A stretch of DNA of 10,438 bases from Candidatus Latescibacterota bacterium. GTDB lineage: Bacteria > JAAXHH01 > JACQVL01. Position 1 is the first letter of the stretch, and each line of letters opens with the position of its first letter. Where the stretch lies: positions 1 to 10,438 of the forward strand of contig JACQVL010000127.1 of NCBI GenBank assembly GCA_016209865.1, read 5' to 3'. This document shows, in pieces, positions 7,022 to 10,438 of the stretch. The notes under the pieces were generated by a model. It was not told where the DNA came from, did no database searches, and worked only from the letters and a program-made list of their open reading frames with translations. Both the position numbers and the translations under genes were made by a program.

Positions 7022-7849
7022 TCATTTCTGCGCACCGAGCGCTCGCAGGTCGATGAATGGCATCGCCCCACCGATGACCTGGGGGAAATGCCCATCCCAT
7101 TTCTCGATCGCTCGCAACTGAAGGAGCGTCGGCGTGATCGTCTCCCGTTGGAGCCGCTGTGCCTCTGCCTCCGCCTTCGCCTGAGTGATCGTCTGTTCCG
7201 CCTCGATCCGTATCCGTTCCAAATCCCGGACGGCTTTCAAGGCTTGTTGTTCCGCCATTTGCTTTGCCTCGATCGCCTCGTTGAAGACCGTGGAGAACGA
7301 GAAATCAACGATGTTAAACTCATCAACGATGATGTAAAACACTCTCAGTCGCTGGGTGAGAGACTCTTTGATTTGACTTTTAACCTCCGATCGGCGGGTG
7401 ATGAGTTCTTCTGCAGTAAACTGGGCAGTGGTTGCCTTGACCGCCTCCTGCACAGCCGGGTCGATCACCCGCTCCTTGAATTCTAACCCGATTTGCTGGT
7501 AGACCTTGTTCGCCCGACCGGGGTCCACATGGTAATTAACGGCGATCGTGGACGACACTGTCTGGAGATCCTTCGATGCAGCGGAGGCCTGGGTTTGCGA
7601 CTTCTGTACTTTCACGTCAACCGTGATGATCTCCTCGATCAACGGCCATTTGAACCGCAATCCTTCATCCAGGATCACATCCTGTACCCCCCCAATCTTG
7701 CTGAAGACTACCCCACGTTCACCAGAACCGATAGTCCTAAAGGACCCGATGAGGAGCAAGAGGAGCACGGCTACCCCAACAAGCCGCCAGAGTAGTCGTC
7801 CCTGAATCTTGGGAAACCGAACATTGGGGACATCATAGACCTGTGCCAT
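7022..7849 (-). CDS. SPFH/band-7 (prohibitin/HflC-like) membrane protein, 275 aa.
   Basis: An N-terminal transmembrane helix (LLWRLVGVAVLLLLLIGSF) is followed by the SPFH signature (GERGVVF...VQ.V..EGL.F..P.I...I..VDV) and a coiled-coil AEAEAQR-rich C-terminus. RBS GGAGGG is present. Confidence 0.9.
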   Translation of the reverse strand: MAQVYDVPNVRFPKIQGRLLWRLVGVAVLLLLLIGSFRTIGSGERGVVFSKIGGVQDVILDEGLRFKWPLIEEIITVDVKVQKSQTQASAASKDLQTVSSTIAVNYHVDPGRANKVYQQIGLEFKERVIDPAVQEAVKATTAQFTAEELITRRSEVKSQIKESLTQRLRVFYIIVDEFNIVDFSFSTVFNEAIEAKQMAEQQALKAVRDLERIRIEAEQTITQAKAEAEAQRLQRETITPTLLQLRAIEKWDGHFPQVIGGAMPFIDLRALGAQK

Positions 7850-7877
7850 GGCAGTACCCTCCTGTGGCGAATTTGGA

Positions 7878-7902
7878 TGAGAGGAGAAGGTGAGAGGAGA
7901 AG
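7878..7902. repeat. Perfect 12-bp direct repeat TGAGAGGAGAAG x2 (7878-7889 and 7891-7902) in the 57-bp gap between the ADH-1 stop and the prohibitin start.
   Basis: Read directly from the sequence. On the mRNA (minus) strand it reads CUUCUCCUCUCA twice, complementary to a GGAGG Shine-Dalgarno. Confidence 0.8.
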
Positions 7903-7906
7903 ATGC

Positions 7907-8932
7907 TTATTCAAACACAATCAGCGTCTTCAGGGAATCTTTCGCCTCCGCGGTCTTCCGGAAGCCCGCCTCTGTGTCTTCGAGCGGGAACCGGTGAGTG
8001 ACCAGTTTCTCCGCCGTGACCACCCCCATCTCGACGAGGTCGAGCGCCGCCCGGGTGTCGTACGGGCCGCAGGAGTAACTGCAGACGAGGGAGATTTCGT
8101 TGAAGTACAGGTCGTACGGCTTCAGGTCGAGCACCTCATGCTCTGGGGTGGCCATGAAGAACAGCACCGTGCTCCCCTTCCCGGCGCACGTCAGACCGGA
8201 CTTCATCGCCGGGATGCTGCCGGGGCCGACGATCACCACGTCTGCCATCGCCCCGCCGGTCAGTTCCTTCACCGCCGACCGGAGGTCATGCGTCGAGACA
8301 TCGATCGTCGCATCCATCCCCAACGCGCGGGCCCGGTCGAGACGGTACGGGACCAGGTCCGCCCCGATGACCCGCTTCGCGCCGTAATGCCGGGCGACGA
8401 GGGCGTTGACCTGTCCCATGAACCCCAGGCCGATGATGAGGACGGTATCCCCGGAGCGCACCCCGGCCCGCTTGATCGCCTTCACCGAGCAGGCGGTCGG
8501 TTCGACCAGCGTGGCATCGTCGAATGACATCGAATCCGGGAGCTTCAGGGTATCGTACCGCAGGTTGAGTTCCGGGACTTTCACGTACTCGGCGATGCCG
8601 CCGGGGATCAGTTGCGACCGTTTCCAGGTCGGGCACATCGTGAACGCGCCCCGCTGGCAGAGCCGGCACCGGAAGCACGGGGCGTGGTGGTGGATGAACA
8701 CCCGGTCGCCGGGCCGGAACCCCTCCACTTCGGCGCCCACTTCAGCGATCACCCCGGCCGGCTCGTGCCCGATGACGATCGGCGCCTTCCGCCGGATGTA
8801 CCAGGGCGTCACGTCCCCGCTGCAGATGCCGCACCGCTTCATCCGGACGAGCGCGTCCCTCGGCCCGATCTCAGGCACCGGCACGTCTTCGATGCGGATA
8901 TCGTCGATGTCGTAAACGGTGGCGACTTTCAT
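7907..8932 (-). CDS. Zn-dependent medium-chain alcohol dehydrogenase (threonine-/sorbitol-dehydrogenase-like, MDR superfamily), 341 aa.
   Basis: Catalytic Zn motif C..C.GD...GHEPAGVIAEVG is present, as are the structural Zn motif CFRCRLCQRGAFTMC and the NAD-binding motif LIIGLGFMG. Confidence 0.9.
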   Translation of the reverse strand: MKVATVYDIDDIRIEDVPVPEIGPRDALVRMKRCGICSGDVTPWYIRRKAPIVIGHEPAGVIAEVGAEVEGFRPGDRVFIHHHAPCFRCRLCQRGAFTMCPTWKRSQLIPGGIAEYVKVPELNLRYDTLKLPDSMSFDDATLVEPTACSVKAIKRAGVRSGDTVLIIGLGFMGQVNALVARHYGAKRVIGADLVPYRLDRARALGMDATIDVSTHDLRSAVKELTGGAMADVVIVGPGSIPAMKSGLTCAGKGSTVLFFMATPEHEVLDLKPYDLYFNEISLVCSYSCGPYDTRAALDLVEMGVVTAEKLVTHRFPLEDTEAGFRKTAEAKDSLKTLIVFE

Positions 8933-8944
8933 GGGATGCCTTCT

Positions 8945-9060
8945 CCCCTCACTATCCCCCTACCCCCTTTCTCTCCCACACGGGGCGAGAAAGGGGAGTC
9001 CCTCATGAGGAGGCTTGTCTCCCCTCTCCCCATCGTGGGAGAGGGGCCGGGGGTGAGGGG
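8945..9060. mobile_element. MITE-like or REP-like intergenic element, copy 2 (116 bp), in inverted orientation relative to copy 1. Its TIRs are CCCCTCAC and GTGAGGGG. It is wedged exactly between the ADH-2 stop (9065) and the ADH-1 start (8932).
   Basis: Blocks shared with copy 1 are CCCCTCACTATCCCC (8945-8959, matching the complement of 2110-2124), CTCTCCCCATCGTGGGAGAGG, and GGGAGAGGGGCCGGGGGTGAGGGG (matching the complement of 2008-2031). Two GC hairpins are present, plus a central palindrome CCTCATGAGG (9001-9010). The left TIR doubles as part of the ADH-1 SD region. Confidence 0.6.
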
Positions 9061-9064
9061 AAGC

Positions 9065-10090
9065 TTACGGAACAATCGCGTACTTGATGCAATCCCCCGT
9101 CATCAGTCGCTGGAAGACCGCCGGGAGGTCTCGCAGAGGAAATGCCCCGGTGATGAGCGGTCGGACGTCGATGCGACGTTCGACGAGGAGCCGGTACGCG
9201 CTCCGGACAGCGTCGGGGGTGAAATGGAAAGCCCCTTTCAAGGTGATCTGGTCGTAGTGCAGCCGGGCGGTGTCGAACGTCACCGTCGTCCCCTTCGGGC
9301 ATCCGCCGAACAGGACGACTGTGCCCCCGCGGGCGACCATCCTGACCGCCTCCTCCCAGACCGGCGGCTGGCCGGTGCACTCGATGACCAGATGTCCGCC
9401 GCGCCCGCTGGTCTCCTCGCGCACGCGCTCGACGGCGTTCTCGGAGGCGCTGTCGATGACGACATCCGCCCCGATCTCCCGCGCCAGGGCCAGCCGGTAG
9501 GGACGATGACCGGAGACGATCACCCGTCTCGCCCCTTTCGCCCGCACGACCATCAGGTGGAGGAGTCCGATCGCGCCCGCGCCGACGATGACGACCGTAT
9601 CATCAGGACGAACAGTCACCTGCTCCATCCCGTAGACGACGCACGAGAGCGGTTCAAGGATGGCGGCCGACTCGTACGTCAGATGATCGGGTTTCAGGAA
9701 CATCCCGTTCCGGACGACCGGGCCTGGGACTCTGAGATATTCCGCATACGCGCCCAAGACCTTTGATTCCATCGTCGAATCGCACAGGTTGCCCAGGCCG
9801 CGCCGGCACAGCTCGCACGACCCGCAAGGGGCGGTGTGGACGGACATCACCCGGTCGCCCACGGCGAACACGTCCACCCCCGGCCCGACTTCGACGATCT
9901 CGCCCGCGAATTCATGCCCGAACAGGGTCGGCATGGGCATCAGGGGATGCCCGCGCCGGAAGGCTTTCAGGTCCGTCCCGCACGTGAGCGCGGCACGAAT
10001 CTTGACGACCACCTCGCCCGGGCCGGCGGTCGGCGTGTCCACGTCTCGCAGTTCGATCACACCCGGCTCAACCAGCACACTGGCGAGCAT
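9065..10090 (-). CDS. Zn-dependent medium-chain alcohol dehydrogenase (MDR superfamily), paralog 2, 341 aa.
   Basis: Catalytic Zn motif C.TD...GHEFAGEIVEVG is present, as are the structural Zn motif CGSCELCRRGLGNLC and the NAD-binding motif VIVGAGAIG. Confidence 0.9.
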   Translation of the reverse strand: MLASVLVEPGVIELRDVDTPTAGPGEVVVKIRAALTCGTDLKAFRRGHPLMPMPTLFGHEFAGEIVEVGPGVDVFAVGDRVMSVHTAPCGSCELCRRGLGNLCDSTMESKVLGAYAEYLRVPGPVVRNGMFLKPDHLTYESAAILEPLSCVVYGMEQVTVRPDDTVVIVGAGAIGLLHLMVVRAKGARRVIVSGHRPYRLALAREIGADVVIDSASENAVERVREETSGRGGHLVIECTGQPPVWEEAVRMVARGGTVVLFGGCPKGTTVTFDTARLHYDQITLKGAFHFTPDAVRSAYRLLVERRIDVRPLITGAFPLRDLPAVFQRLMTGDCIKYAIVP

Positions 10091-10264
10091 AGCGGCGTCC
10101 TCATGCGTGGATACAGACAGAGTGACAAGTAGGGGCGCGATACATCGCTCCCAGCAGTGACAAGTGACGAGTAAAAAACAGCTTCAGGTCGAGGCTCAGG
10201 TTGAAGGAATGGTCACTGTCTGGGGTGTTAATGTATAGAAGATGGGGAGCGTGCGCAAAACCTT

Positions 10265-10293
10265 TTTACATTTCTTACGAATGACCGTATTTT
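10265..10293 (+). promoter_or_regulatory. Candidate promoter for the gene at 10325: -35 TTTACA (10265-10270), 17-nt spacer, -10 TATTTT (10288-10293). The two hexamers are bridged by the palindrome TTACAT-N27-ATGTAA.
   Basis: It is an AT-rich island in GC-rich DNA. Hexamers and spacing were read from the sequence. The RBS GGGAGGTGG lies 6 nt before the ATG. Confidence 0.4.
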
Positions 10294-10324
10294 TATGTAA
10301 GGAACACGCGTGGGAGGTGGAAGG

Positions 10325-10438
10325 ATGACCGAACCGGGGCTGACCACGACGAAAGCGCCGTTCATCGAGCAGGCGCGGGCGAAGGGGGAACTCTACATCT
10401 CCCAGCCGTACGACCTGTACAGCGAGGAGAATCAGGAG
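10325..10438 (+). CDS. 5' end of a plus-strand gene of unknown function, partial (38 codons): MTEPGLTTTKAPFIEQARAKGELYISQPYDLYSEENQE...
   Basis: A strong SD, GGAGGTGG, lies 6 nt before the ATG. The reading frame is open to the window edge and the composition is protein-like. Confidence 0.6.
   Translation, partial: MTEPGLTTTKAPFIEQARAKGELYISQPYDLYSEENQE

Overview
This is GC-rich (about 63-65%) bacterial chromosomal DNA. GGAGG-type Shine-Dalgarno sequences sit 5-8 nt before almost every start codon, and the coding density is typical of a Chloroflexi- or Thermus-like genome. Most of the window (3060-10090) is one minus-strand gene string with gaps of 1-130 bp. In transcription order it runs: Zn-dependent alcohol dehydrogenase 2, Zn-dependent alcohol dehydrogenase 1, an SPFH/prohibitin membrane protein, a PhyH-family Fe(II)/2-oxoglutarate dioxygenase, a GAF-GAF-STAS sensor protein, a second PhyH-family dioxygenase (its ATG overlaps the preceding stop as TAATG), and an RraA/aldolase-like protein. 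A third PhyH-family dioxygenase (2224-3015, +) converges on this string. Further left, on the minus strand, are a DUF2961-like protein (935-1987) and a small Cys-containing secreted protein (417-794). A partial plus-strand gene starts at 10325. The intergenic DNA is unusually structured. Two diverged copies of a ~116-bp MITE-like element with CCCCTCAC/GTGAGGGG terminal inverted repeats lie in opposite orientation at 2008-2124 and 8945-9060. Three copies of a tandem heptamer (GGTGRTC)n repeat with a conserved GGTAnAnACCAG tail lie at 93-130, 197-234 and 3014-3049. An (ATTTTGG)n repeat precedes the RraA-like gene, a tandem 12-mer anti-SD-like repeat precedes the prohibitin RBS, and a conserved 16-mer recurs upstream of two gene starts. 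I see no CRISPR array, rRNA or tRNA. The most interesting content is the oxygenase-rich operon with an embedded stressosome-type GAF-STAS sensor, and the two dispersed repeat families. All functional assignments come from motif recognition by eye; no searches were run.
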